Below are positions 1 to 9,114 of a stretch of DNA of 64,000 bases, one piece after another. A model generated the notes under the pieces. The model made no database searches. It was not told the origin of the DNA and saw nothing but the letters and a program-made list of their open reading frames with translations. How positions within the stretch are numbered: position 1 is the first letter of the stretch; the number at the start of each line of letters is the position of its first letter. This DNA comes from Candidatus Omnitrophota bacterium (GTDB lineage: Bacteria; Omnitrophota; Omnitrophia; Omnitrophales; Aquincolibacteriaceae): assembly GCA_035352955.1 (NCBI GenBank), contig DAOPYQ010000007.1, forward strand, positions 20,164 through 84,163. Reading direction: 5' to 3'. The position numbers and the translations under genes are program-made.

Positions 1-144
1 ATAGTCCATCAGTTCTTCCCCGTCTTTCACCCGGTGGACCTCATTGAGCAGCCGCGCTTCGTAAAGCGCCTTCGCGGCCAGCAAATAATCATCTTCGTCA
101 TCCTCAGCCATAAGGATCTTGATCGATTTTTTCAATACGTTCAT
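1..144 (-). CDS. Response regulator, receiver domain; N-terminal part only, the gene runs off the window edge
   Basis: Minus-strand translation from the ATG at 142-144 gives MNVLKKSIKILMAEDDEDDYLLAAKALYEARLLNEVHRVKDGEELMDY, the canonical receiver N-terminus (hydrophobic-ILxxEDDxDD ... DGxEAL). It sits 60 nt downstream of the kinase stop. The plus-strand ORF 119-523 in the track is antisense to it. Confidence 0.6.
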   Translation of the reverse strand, partial: MNVLKKSIKILMAEDDEDDYLLAAKALYEARLLNEVHRVKDGEELMDY

Positions 145-204
145 AAACTTACGCCTTTCAGTTAAAAGAATCCGCCGCCACCACTGCTCCCGCGGAATAC
201 TTTA

Positions 205-3200
205 TTACACTTTGGGAAACGTCACAATAAAAACAGAACCCTTGCCGGCTTCACTACGGGCCGTGATCTCCCCGCCCATCTGCCGGACGATCTTCTGGCA
301 GACCGAAAGTCCGATCCCCGAACCTTCGTACTCTTCCCGGGTATGCAGCCGCTGGAACGGCGCAAAGATCCTGTCCTTATATTTTTCGTCAAATCCGATG
401 CCGTTATCTTCCACGGTGATCTCAAAATGCCCCGGCAACGCAGAACTCCGGACCGCCACACGGACCGGAACGTCCTTCTTCCGGTATTTGAGGGCGTTTC
501 CGATCAAATTCAAAAAAAGCTGATGCATCTGAGTCCGGTCCGCATACACCACGGGAAGCGGGCCCACGTCCACGACCGCATCCGCCTCTTTGACCCTCAT
601 TTCAAGGTCCGAAAGAACTTCTTCGACGACGTCCTTGAGAGGAATATGTTCGAGCACTTTTTCGCGGGTCGCGACCCGCGAATAAGCCAAAAGGGCATCG
701 ATCAGCGAACTCATCCGGGCGGCGGCACCCTGCATCCGTTCCAGATAATCTTTCGACTCTTCATCCAGCACCCGGGTGTCCTTCTCTGACAGCAATCTTG
801 AAAAAGCAGAGATCTTGCGCAACGGCTCCTGGAGGTCGTGGGATGCCACATACGCGAACTGCTCCAGCTCCTTGTTCGAGCGAAGAAGCTCATCCTGGAT
901 CTTTTTCAGCCCGGTAATGTCCACAATGACCCCGACGATGTGCTCTTTACGGTCCTCATCTACATAGAGAACTTTTTTCGTAATGACCGTATGCGTAAAG
1001 CCCTTTGAATCCGTGAACTTCTCCTCGTTCACATTTTCTCCCTTGGAGAGAAAGACCTCTTCGTCCTTCTGCCAGAAAACATCCGCTTCGCTCCTCGGGA
1101 AGAAATCATGGTCCGTTTTGCCGATCAACTCTTCCCGCTTGCGTCCCATGAAATTGCAGTAAGCATCGTTCACCAGCATCCAGCGATGGTCCCGGTCCTT
1201 CACGAAAAGGGGATCCCCCACGGAGTTGATGATCCTGTCGAGAAAATTCCGGGAAGCACCCAGCGCCGCCTCAATTTTCTTCCGCTCGGTAATATCCACG
1301 CAGGTCCCAACCCATTCCCGGATACTCCCGTCCGCATTAGAGATCGGAACACCGCGGGCGAGAAAATCACGATAAACGCCATCGCTTCTCCGGATACGGT
1401 ACTCAGTTTCATAAGGACTCTTCGTTTCCACCGCTTGACCCCAGACCCGGCGCGTGTGTTCCCGATCCTCCGGATGGATCGCTTCGAGCCATCCCCAGCC
1501 TTTGACGTCCTCGACTTTTTGTCCTGTAAATTCCCTCCAGGGCGGCATATCTTCGACTTTCCCGTCCGCTGACGTGACCCATCCTAGCTGCCCCGTCACC
1601 TCGATATAAGACCGATAACGTTCTTCGCTCTCGCGCAGTTCTTCCAAGGCTTTTTTCCGCTCGGTGATATCTTCCTTGATCGCAATAAAATGCGTAATAC
1701 GTCCCTGGGCATCCTTGATCGGCGAAATCGACGCCGCTTCCCAAAAAAGCTCCCCGTTCTTTTTCCTGTTGTGAAACTCCCCGCGCCATTCTTTCCCCGC
1801 CAAAATGGTCGCCCAAAGTTTCTCATAGGCCTCACGAGACTGTTCGCCGGATTTCAGGATCCTGGGATTCTTGCCAAGCGTTTCTTCAAAAGAATAGCCC
1901 GTGACTTCGGAGAATTTCGGGTTCGTATATTCGATATTCCCCTGAAGGTTCGTGATCACAATCGCCGCGGGACTCTGTTCGACAGCTCGGGAAAGCTGGC
2001 GGATCTTCTCCGCGGCTTCCCGGCTTTCGGTAATATCCAGGATCGCGCCATCCAGAAAAAGAAGATTTCCCCGGGGATCAAAAATCGGTTGCCCCTTTTC
2101 ATAGACCCAGCGGGCAACTCCGTCGGCACGAAGGATCCGGTATTCAACAATGTACGGTTTTTTCTCGAAGATCCCTCGCTGGACGGCATCGCTCGTGATC
2201 CTTTGATCTTCCGGGTGGATAATGCTCGCGTAACTCCTCACACGGTTATGAATGAAATCAGAAGCGGGATAGCCGGAGATCCGGAAAATCTCATCGCTCA
2301 GGAACTCCATGGTCCAGGACTCATCGTTCTTGCACCGGTAAACCGCGCTAGGAAGATTCGCGACAAGCGTCCTGAACCTTTCTTCACTCTCGCGAATCTT
2401 TTCTTCGGCTTCCCGGACAGCGGTAATATCCTCGTAAGTCCCGAGAATGCCCGTCACGCGACCCTGCTCATCCCGCAACGGGACCTTGTTCGTGCGGGTC
2501 CAAAACCGGCGTCCGTCGGACTTCACGGCGGATTCTTCATAGTTTAATTTAGCGACCCCTCGCTCCATGACCTGTTTGTCATCTTCCCGGTAGTGATTCG
2601 CCAACGAATTCCAGCTAAGATCAAAATCTGTCTTTCCCACGATTTCTTCCGGTGAATTTAAACCGAGGTCTGCAGCACAAGCCTGGTTGCAACCGAGATA
2701 CGTCGAATACCAATCCTTCCAGAATACACGGATCGGGACCGTATCCAGCACCAATTTCATCATCTGCCGAGACGTCCACAAAGCTTCCTGGGCCTGCTTG
2801 CTTTCCGTAATGTCCCAAACAATCCCGTTGACCCGAAGAGGTTTCCCCGTTTCATCACGGACCAGTTTTCCCCGGGCGGTAATATGCCGAACCATCCCTC
2901 CGGGACGGAGGACCCGATACTCGGGCTCATACAGAACCCCGGTTTCAAAAGTCTCCTGAAAAAGCCGTTTTAGCATCTCCCGGTCGTCGGGGTGAACGAC
3001 ATTGAAAAATTCCTCGGTCGTACCCTGAAAGCCGGACGGATCGATCCCGAGGATATGACAGGCCTGATCGTCAAAATAACGTTTGCCCTCGGCGATCTCA
3101 AAATGCCACACGCCCATACTTGCCGCTTGGAGGGCGAGATCCAACCGCGCCTTGCTCCCACGCAATTCCTCCTGGACTCTCCTGCGCTCAAGAACTTCCG

Positions 3201-5331
3201 CCTCGAGTTCGTGCTTACGATTTTCAAGATCCTTCTTGGACGCCGTAAGATCCTCCAGAATATTGAGAGTTCCCTCCTGAGTACGCACAAGCTCCAGAGT
3301 TCGTTCCCCCACCTTTCTTTCAAGATCCTTGGAAAACTCATCGATCTCACGGTTTGCCGCGATCAGCGCCTCTTGTTTGTCCCGAATCTGGCGAATCATT
3401 TCGCTGAAAGTGTCCGCAAATCGTTCGATCTCATCTCCGGTCCGGATCTCGATCTGTTGTTCATCCCATTGTCCGGCCTTGATCTTCTCGGCCACCAGAA
3501 CCAGCTGCCGGATCGACGAAGAAAAACGCTCCCCCGCGACAACCCCCAAGAGGACCGCCAAAAGCAAAATAATCAAAAGCAGCAGCCCCATCCCCACCGC
3601 GAGTGAATTTAACGGGGAAAAAACCTCGTCAACATCCTGAGAAACGCAAACATACCAGGCGATATTGTTTCTAAGAAGCAAAGGGTCTTCCAACCGTTTT
3701 ATCGAGGTAAAGGTCGGACGGCCAGAAAGTTCTTCTCGCCTTCTCAAAAGACCGCCCTTCCCCGCAACAACGGCCTGCATCTCTTTTTCACTGAACAATT
3801 TTGTTCCCGAAGGAGAGAGCCCCTCATGAAAAATAATATCGCCCTTTTCATTAATCAAAGCCGCATGTCCCGTCCTTCCCGTCTTATAAGATTTAAGGGC
3901 GGAAAAGAAAATGTCGATCCCTATCGCCTCCTTACCGATCCCGAGGATCTCTTGACCCTCCCGGATAGGAATCGCTACAGGAATGGTCAAGATACCGGTG
4001 GAGCGATCGATTTCAACCTCTCCTATAAAAATGCTCCCTTTGCCCCCGGCGTACGCCCTCTTCCACCATTCTTCATCGGCTTGATAATAATCACTTGTCT
4101 TGTTCGAAGCCGCCGCCACGCCGCCGTATCGGTCTGTTAAAAAAATTTCGGCCACATCAAGATCTGTATCTGCAAGGATTTTGAGCCGCAAGCTCATCGG
4201 AGTCGCAAGGCAAGTGCTAACCAGCGGATCATCGATCCCGGCAGCGATCCATGCCGCATCTTTCTTTAAAAGTTCCTGCTGGACAGCCTCGGGGGACATA
4301 GAAACATACCGCAGGTTCGCGGTCTTGACAGCCTCATGCCAAACGGGGCTGTCGATATGGATCTGCATTTCCTGGACTTTCGAATCGATCATCTTGGAAA
4401 TCGAATACCCAAGGGTTCCCGTGACCTCGATCTGTTTGGCTTCGATCGCACCGAGCAAAAGGTTGTAGATCCATCCGAAAGTAACGCCCATGGTCAAAAG
4501 CACCGCAAAACCGCTTGTTAAGCAAACTACGAGCGTGATTTTGCGACGAATTCCGCCCCGTCTTTCGATACGGTCTTCATCGGTCGGCCGAAAGTAGATC
4601 CCTGTCACCGAAAAAAAGCAACCTGCCAAAACAAGGGCACAAACCATCCTAAAAAGTTGAACGGGAAATCCGGTCCAATCAAAAAAAGCGGGATAATTCA
4701 CGAATGAAGCGAGCAGAAATCCGGCTTGGGGAACAACCAACCCGCTCAGGATCCCATAAATGAAAAAAGCTCCGGCAGTAATCCATGTTCCAAAAAGAAC
4801 CGCTGGCGGCAACATTTTCTGATTACTCCGGAACAAAACCAGCAGAAGGGCCAGCGCCGTCATCCAAGTACCCGGCACACAAAGAAAATACCGGGCGACA
4901 ATCCCGGAGATCAAGAAATCACGGGTCAAAAAAAGCGCGGCGATCCAGCCGAGGATTCCGAAAACCCAAATGTGTTTTAAAAATTTGGAATTCGGGAAAA
5001 GGACCCTGCCCCCAAAAAGAACCAAAAAAACAAACGACGCCGGGAGAAGCAACGCTCCCAGGATCTTAAGGGGCATCACGGGAAACGGCTGACTCCGCAG
5101 AATAAGAAGGTCCACCCATTCGTTCAACCCGTGCAAAAGGGCGAACAACCCCACCAGCCACAGGTCACCGGACAAATTCAGCAGGTCATTTTTTTTGGGC
5201 ATCGCAAAGATCGTGACGCCCATGATCAAAAACGCTAATCCGTAAAAGAAAAAGATGGTCTGCATCCAACTCCCTTCAAAGATCCGATACCCAACAAGGA
5301 ATGGCTCTGAATTCAGAAAAATGAAATTCAA
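205..5331 (-). CDS. Multi-sensor histidine kinase, 1708 aa. Contains a polytopic N-terminal membrane domain, an extracytoplasmic Cache-like domain, HAMP/coiled coil, about six PAS/PAC repeats, HisKA and HATPase_c.
   Basis: Multiple N-terminal TM helices; repeated PAS signatures (several ...DITERK... / ...WDITESKQAQEAL... blocks); H-box FAYVASHDLQEPLRKI; ATP-binding G-boxes (DNGIGFD ... GSGIGLSVCQKIV). No receiver domain. Confidence 0.9.
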   Translation of the reverse strand: MNFIFLNSEPFLVGYRIFEGSWMQTIFFFYGLAFLIMGVTIFAMPKKNDLLNLSGDLWLVGLFALLHGLNEWVDLLILRSQPFPVMPLKILGALLLPASFVFLVLFGGRVLFPNSKFLKHIWVFGILGWIAALFLTRDFLISGIVARYFLCVPGTWMTALALLLVLFRSNQKMLPPAVLFGTWITAGAFFIYGILSGLVVPQAGFLLASFVNYPAFFDWTGFPVQLFRMVCALVLAGCFFSVTGIYFRPTDEDRIERRGGIRRKITLVVCLTSGFAVLLTMGVTFGWIYNLLLGAIEAKQIEVTGTLGYSISKMIDSKVQEMQIHIDSPVWHEAVKTANLRYVSMSPEAVQQELLKKDAAWIAAGIDDPLVSTCLATPMSLRLKILADTDLDVAEIFLTDRYGGVAAASNKTSDYYQADEEWWKRAYAGGKGSIFIGEVEIDRSTGILTIPVAIPIREGQEILGIGKEAIGIDIFFSALKSYKTGRTGHAALINEKGDIIFHEGLSPSGTKLFSEKEMQAVVAGKGGLLRRREELSGRPTFTSIKRLEDPLLLRNNIAWYVCVSQDVDEVFSPLNSLAVGMGLLLLIILLLAVLLGVVAGERFSSSIRQLVLVAEKIKAGQWDEQQIEIRTGDEIERFADTFSEMIRQIRDKQEALIAANREIDEFSKDLERKVGERTLELVRTQEGTLNILEDLTASKKDLENRKHELEAEVLERRRVQEELRGSKARLDLALQAASMGVWHFEIAEGKRYFDDQACHILGIDPSGFQGTTEEFFNVVHPDDREMLKRLFQETFETGVLYEPEYRVLRPGGMVRHITARGKLVRDETGKPLRVNGIVWDITESKQAQEALWTSRQMMKLVLDTVPIRVFWKDWYSTYLGCNQACAADLGLNSPEEIVGKTDFDLSWNSLANHYREDDKQVMERGVAKLNYEESAVKSDGRRFWTRTNKVPLRDEQGRVTGILGTYEDITAVREAEEKIRESEERFRTLVANLPSAVYRCKNDESWTMEFLSDEIFRISGYPASDFIHNRVRSYASIIHPEDQRITSDAVQRGIFEKKPYIVEYRILRADGVARWVYEKGQPIFDPRGNLLFLDGAILDITESREAAEKIRQLSRAVEQSPAAIVITNLQGNIEYTNPKFSEVTGYSFEETLGKNPRILKSGEQSREAYEKLWATILAGKEWRGEFHNRKKNGELFWEAASISPIKDAQGRITHFIAIKEDITERKKALEELRESEERYRSYIEVTGQLGWVTSADGKVEDMPPWREFTGQKVEDVKGWGWLEAIHPEDREHTRRVWGQAVETKSPYETEYRIRRSDGVYRDFLARGVPISNADGSIREWVGTCVDITERKKIEAALGASRNFLDRIINSVGDPLFVKDRDHRWMLVNDAYCNFMGRKREELIGKTDHDFFPRSEADVFWQKDEEVFLSKGENVNEEKFTDSKGFTHTVITKKVLYVDEDRKEHIVGVIVDITGLKKIQDELLRSNKELEQFAYVASHDLQEPLRKISAFSRLLSEKDTRVLDEESKDYLERMQGAAARMSSLIDALLAYSRVATREKVLEHIPLKDVVEEVLSDLEMRVKEADAVVDVGPLPVVYADRTQMHQLFLNLIGNALKYRKKDVPVRVAVRSSALPGHFEITVEDNGIGFDEKYKDRIFAPFQRLHTREEYEGSGIGLSVCQKIVRQMGGEITARSEAGKGSVFIVTFPKV

Positions 5332-5375
5332 AAAACGTTCTTGCCTATTGATAACCCCTGCGCGGGTTTCAAGAC

Positions 5376-6851
5376 TCAGGATTTATTATTACGGGCTTCC
5401 AGCTCTGCGATCTTCGCCTTAAGCTCCTTCATTTTGAGCTCTCGATCCACGGCAACCCTTTGAAAACGTTCGAGAAAATCCACTTTCCTCTCAAGCTCCA
5501 TGCGAAGTTTTGTCATTTCACTGATATCCCGAACCGTTGCCTGCAAAATCGTTTTATTCCCCAACACCACCCGGGCGAGTAGCACCGTGGAAAAAAACTC
5601 TTCTCCGCCCACCCGTTTGTGTTTCCACTCGAAAAAATGAGCTCCTCTTTCAAGAGCCAACTTCATCATCTGCCCGGCCTTCACCGAAGAAAGTTGTCCA
5701 TCGGGCTGATATTGCGGGGAAAAATCATCGGGCCTTCGCCCAATAAAATCAGCCTCGCCGCTGCACCCAAAAAGTTTCAGCGTTGAATCGTTCCCGCTCA
5801 AAAAACCTTCCGCGGGCGAAAGGGTCATGATAGCGTCTTTGGAGGATTCGTAAAGCGCCCGAAAACTCGCTTCGCTGTTCCTGAGAAGCTTCAGGGTCCT
5901 CTCGCGAGCCAACGCCCAAAAGGTCAGAACAATGATCATCCCTGCCGCAAATCCCGTCACGACCCATCCGAGAAACCCGAAATAGGTCACCTCTTTCATA
6001 GGGACCAGAAGCACCAGCGACCAACCCGGAAGCCCAAGCGACGTGCGAAGACAAAAATGTTTTTCGCCCCGGAAACGGACCCGATCCCCTTGCCGTAACG
6101 GTCTTCCAAAAACGGGTTGGAACGAATCTCTGCCGAATTGCTTGGAATCCTTGAGTTCACGACCCCGATCCGGAGGCACCGGCCAAAGTGACTGGAAAAC
6201 CATTTCCGGGGATCCCGACATGAAAATAACGCCGTCCGGGTTGACGAAAAAAGAAGTCGGATAAGCTTTCAGGATCTGCTTCATCGCATCCACGTTGGTT
6301 TTGATCGCCACGACTCCGCGGATATAGCCCTCAGAATCCCTGACGGGATGTGCGGCATAAAAACCACGTTCGAGGCTCGTAATCCCGGTCGCTAAATAAA
6401 CCGCCGGTTTGCCGGATATTGCTTCTTGGAAATAAGGACGGAACGAATAATTTTTGCCGACAAAACTGTCCGGCATATTCCTGTTTGAGGAAACGATCAC
6501 GGCACCCTTGGAATCCAACAGGTAGCAGACAGAAAAACCGATACTATCGTTGTAGCGCGCCAAAACCGAATAAGCTTTGTCGAAATTTTCCGGATCGGGG
6601 GAGGAGAGCGCAGGAAGAATCCAAGGGGACCCCGACATGGCTGTGACCGCCGCTGAGGAAGAGTGAAATTCATTTTCCACGCCTTTGACCATCGCGGTCA
6701 ACGCGTTCTGTCCCTGGGTGGTTAAATGCTCCGTACCGATCCCTTCTAAAAAGCGAACCAGCAGAAACCCCGAAACAAGCGTCGCGCAAAAAAGCAAGGC
6801 GGGAAACGTAACGGAGAACCCATCCTTTTTGGAAAATTTTTCCGTTCTCAT
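5376..6851 (-). CDS. Membrane sensor protein with periplasmic Cache-like domain, one PAS domain and a C-terminal coiled coil; no recognisable enzymatic output domain
   Basis: Track ORF 5376-7016 trimmed to Met56 (ATG at 6849-6851) because the upstream extension overlaps the cupin gene. TM-Cache-TM-PAS layout; ends ELKAKIAELEARNNKS. Lies 45 nt upstream of the kinase gene. Confidence 0.7.
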   Translation of the reverse strand: MRTEKFSKKDGFSVTFPALLFCATLVSGFLLVRFLEGIGTEHLTTQGQNALTAMVKGVENEFHSSSAAVTAMSGSPWILPALSSPDPENFDKAYSVLARYNDSIGFSVCYLLDSKGAVIVSSNRNMPDSFVGKNYSFRPYFQEAISGKPAVYLATGITSLERGFYAAHPVRDSEGYIRGVVAIKTNVDAMKQILKAYPTSFFVNPDGVIFMSGSPEMVFQSLWPVPPDRGRELKDSKQFGRDSFQPVFGRPLRQGDRVRFRGEKHFCLRTSLGLPGWSLVLLVPMKEVTYFGFLGWVVTGFAAGMIIVLTFWALARERTLKLLRNSEASFRALYESSKDAIMTLSPAEGFLSGNDSTLKLFGCSGEADFIGRRPDDFSPQYQPDGQLSSVKAGQMMKLALERGAHFFEWKHKRVGGEEFFSTVLLARVVLGNKTILQATVRDISEMTKLRMELERKVDFLERFQRVAVDRELKMKELKAKIAELEARNNKS

Positions 6852-6954
6852 CAGTCCATCCTTACGCTTTGGGAGATTACAAAACCTCGCCCAACTGCAC
6901 GACCGGAAGCCCATTATATATCGTCCTGAAACGCTTCTTCTTCGAAATCTTTCC

Positions 6955-7317
6955 TCACCCGGAAACGACTTCATCCTCCGGGCGCCACGCCGGATCAACG
7001 ATACAGATGAAAACAAGGTCGGAAGTTCCTGTGTTTTCGATGTACTGGACAGCCTCCGGCGGAATATCGATCACATCCCCCGGCCCAACCCCGGCGGACT
7101 CCTGCCCAATATGCATCCGGCCCTTCCCTTCCAGAATGTAATAAACTTCCGAGGTTTTGAGGGCGTGGGGCTTGGTAACCTCCCCCGATTTCACGACGGC
7201 GTGAGCAAGGCTGTAACGATAGGCGCGCCCATCGGTCCGCGCGTTCAGCAGTTCGCGAAGATGGCAAGCATCCCCGGCCACGATCTCCTTACAGTCCTTT
7301 AAACGGCGAATAAACAT
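6955..7317 (-). CDS. Cupin-fold small protein (cupin_2 barrel)
   Basis: 120 aa with a G-x5-HxH...E / G...P..H-like barrel pattern (YYILEGKGRMHIGQE ... GDVIDIPPEAVQYIENTG). Confidence 0.65.
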   Translation of the reverse strand: MFIRRLKDCKEIVAGDACHLRELLNARTDGRAYRYSLAHAVVKSGEVTKPHALKTSEVYYILEGKGRMHIGQESAGVGPGDVIDIPPEAVQYIENTGTSDLVFICIVDPAWRPEDEVVSG

Positions 7318-7362
7318 AAACTCCTTTGTCCGAGAATTCCGTGTTCCAAAATTCCCGATGAA

Positions 7363-9114
7363 TTAAACAAGCGGCCGCTGCGGCTGTTGCGCCTCGTGGG
7401 CACGGACCGGCGCTCCGCCAAAACTGTAAGTCAATCCGAACCAAATGCTCCCTTTCGAATAACGTTTGCCGGGATTGGTGTCGTTGGCGATAAAATATTC
7501 CCCGCGACCGAAAACGCTCAAGGTGGAAGTCAACATATAGTTCAGGTTGGCCGAGGCATGGAACGTCGGACGGCTGGACTTCGGGTCCTGGACCTCGTAC
7601 CCGGTAGAAAGTTCCGTCTCGGCAAAAATGCGCCGCCCAAGATTCGTGCTGCCGTAGATCCCGCCGGTGTTTGAAAAAATGGACACCGGATTGAAATAAC
7701 CGTGATTCATCTGATCCGCAAAGTCCGAATAGTAATAATTATAAAAAAGTTTCAAGTACGGCTTTTGCCATACCCGGTATTCCGCGCGAGCAAAGGCCGT
7801 GTTCTGGTTATTCCCGTCCTTGTAATGGCTCCGTTTGTATTTCGCGGAAAAGAACCAGTACCGGTTGGGTTTCAGGTCGAATGAAATCGACCCGCTGTCC
7901 AGAAAGATCTTGTTCTGAAGGGAGACGATATCCTCGACCGTTTCCCGGTCGTAGGCCGCGTCAAGGCGCAGCATATCGCACGGCTTGAGCGTCAGCCAGG
8001 TATTGGTCGTGAAAGGTGTGAACCCGCTGGTATTATACTTCGCAAGATACATGTACGAATTGGCTTCCAGATATTCGTTGAACCGGTGGCTGATATCCAC
8101 CCCCCCGCGGTTGCCATTGACCGGCGACTGGAAATGCTGCCGGTAAAGGTACCATTCGTAAGTGGCGCCTATTTTCGTGAGATCTCCGACGTAGCTGCCG
8201 ACATGCACCTTTTCGGCCGCGATATAAAGGTTATTACTGTCATCCGAAAAACGGTTAGCCTGAAGAACCTGTGGCCGCTTAACGTTTTTGATGTCATTGT
8301 AGAGCTCCCTCCCGGCGTGGCGGTCCGGATGGAGGGTCATCAGCTTTTCCGCATCGTCAAGAGCCAGCGGATCGTCTCCGTTCCAGCGATGGGCAAAAGC
8401 GATCCCTTCCATCGCGTCCGCGTTTTCCGGATGATCTTTCAGGATCTCCTTATAGCGTTTGATCCCGCGCCGGTGGTATCCCTGCCAGACACAGATACGC
8501 GCGATTCCGTTCTGCGCATCAAGATTCCCGGGGTCTTTCCGGAGCACCTCTTCATAGATTTTCTTTGCCTTCTCCAGCTTGTCATCCCAGCTCAACACCT
8601 CGGCCTTCCCCAAAAGCGCTGTCAGATCGTCGGGATTCTTGGCCAGGGCTTTGTCATACATTTGAATCGCCTCTTTGTGGCGGTGATCCCAGGCAAACGC
8701 CTGTGCGAGCCCCAATTCGATCTGCAGATTCCCGGGATCGAGTTCAAGCCCGCGGCGGTAGGTTGCGATCGCCTTTTCCAGCTGGCCATCCCATTTATAC
8801 TGGTCGGCGAGTTCCCGAAGGACCTGTTTTTCCCGGTCCGGATAGTTCGTCCGGACCTTTTCAAAAAGCTCGATAGCCTCCTTGTGGCGGTCGGCATAGG
8901 TGTAAACACGCGCCCATTCGATCATAAGCCCCGGATCCACCAACAAACGCTCCGCGATTGCGGCGTAATCATTCAGAGCGTCGCTATACTTCTTGTCTTC
9001 GACAAGTTTCCGGGCCTCGTCCAACCGGTCCGACTGCTCTGCCGCAAAAACGACTGGCAGAAGAATAAGGCACGCGAGCGACCCGCAGATAAGGATCTTC
9101 GATGTATTTGTCAT
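7363..9114 (-). CDS. Outer-membrane exopolysaccharide export protein: signal peptide, N-terminal TPR repeats and a C-terminal beta-barrel (PgaA/BcsC/NfrA-like architecture)
   Basis: Start set at the internal Met (MTNTSKILICGSLACLILLPVVFAAEQ, a signal peptide); that ATG overlaps the upstream GT2 stop as ATGA. The N-terminal half has a tandem TPR-like helical repeat pattern. The C-terminal half has alternating aromatic/hydrophobic beta-strand patterning rich in Y/F/W (...YNYYYSDF... GLTYSFGG). Confidence 0.7.
   Translation of the reverse strand: MTNTSKILICGSLACLILLPVVFAAEQSDRLDEARKLVEDKKYSDALNDYAAIAERLLVDPGLMIEWARVYTYADRHKEAIELFEKVRTNYPDREKQVLRELADQYKWDGQLEKAIATYRRGLELDPGNLQIELGLAQAFAWDHRHKEAIQMYDKALAKNPDDLTALLGKAEVLSWDDKLEKAKKIYEEVLRKDPGNLDAQNGIARICVWQGYHRRGIKRYKEILKDHPENADAMEGIAFAHRWNGDDPLALDDAEKLMTLHPDRHAGRELYNDIKNVKRPQVLQANRFSDDSNNLYIAAEKVHVGSYVGDLTKIGATYEWYLYRQHFQSPVNGNRGGVDISHRFNEYLEANSYMYLAKYNTSGFTPFTTNTWLTLKPCDMLRLDAAYDRETVEDIVSLQNKIFLDSGSISFDLKPNRYWFFSAKYKRSHYKDGNNQNTAFARAEYRVWQKPYLKLFYNYYYSDFADQMNHGYFNPVSIFSNTGGIYGSTNLGRRIFAETELSTGYEVQDPKSSRPTFHASANLNYMLTSTLSVFGRGEYFIANDTNPGKRYSKGSIWFGLTYSFGGAPVRAHEAQQPQRPLV

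Noticed and set aside
119-2547. Several plus-strand ORFs (119-523, 343-789, 1108-1572, 1690-2547) across the kinase locus
   Set aside because: All are antisense to the well-supported 1708-aa histidine kinase and response-regulator genes. They have no motifs or RBS, and such shadow ORFs are expected in GC-rich DNA.
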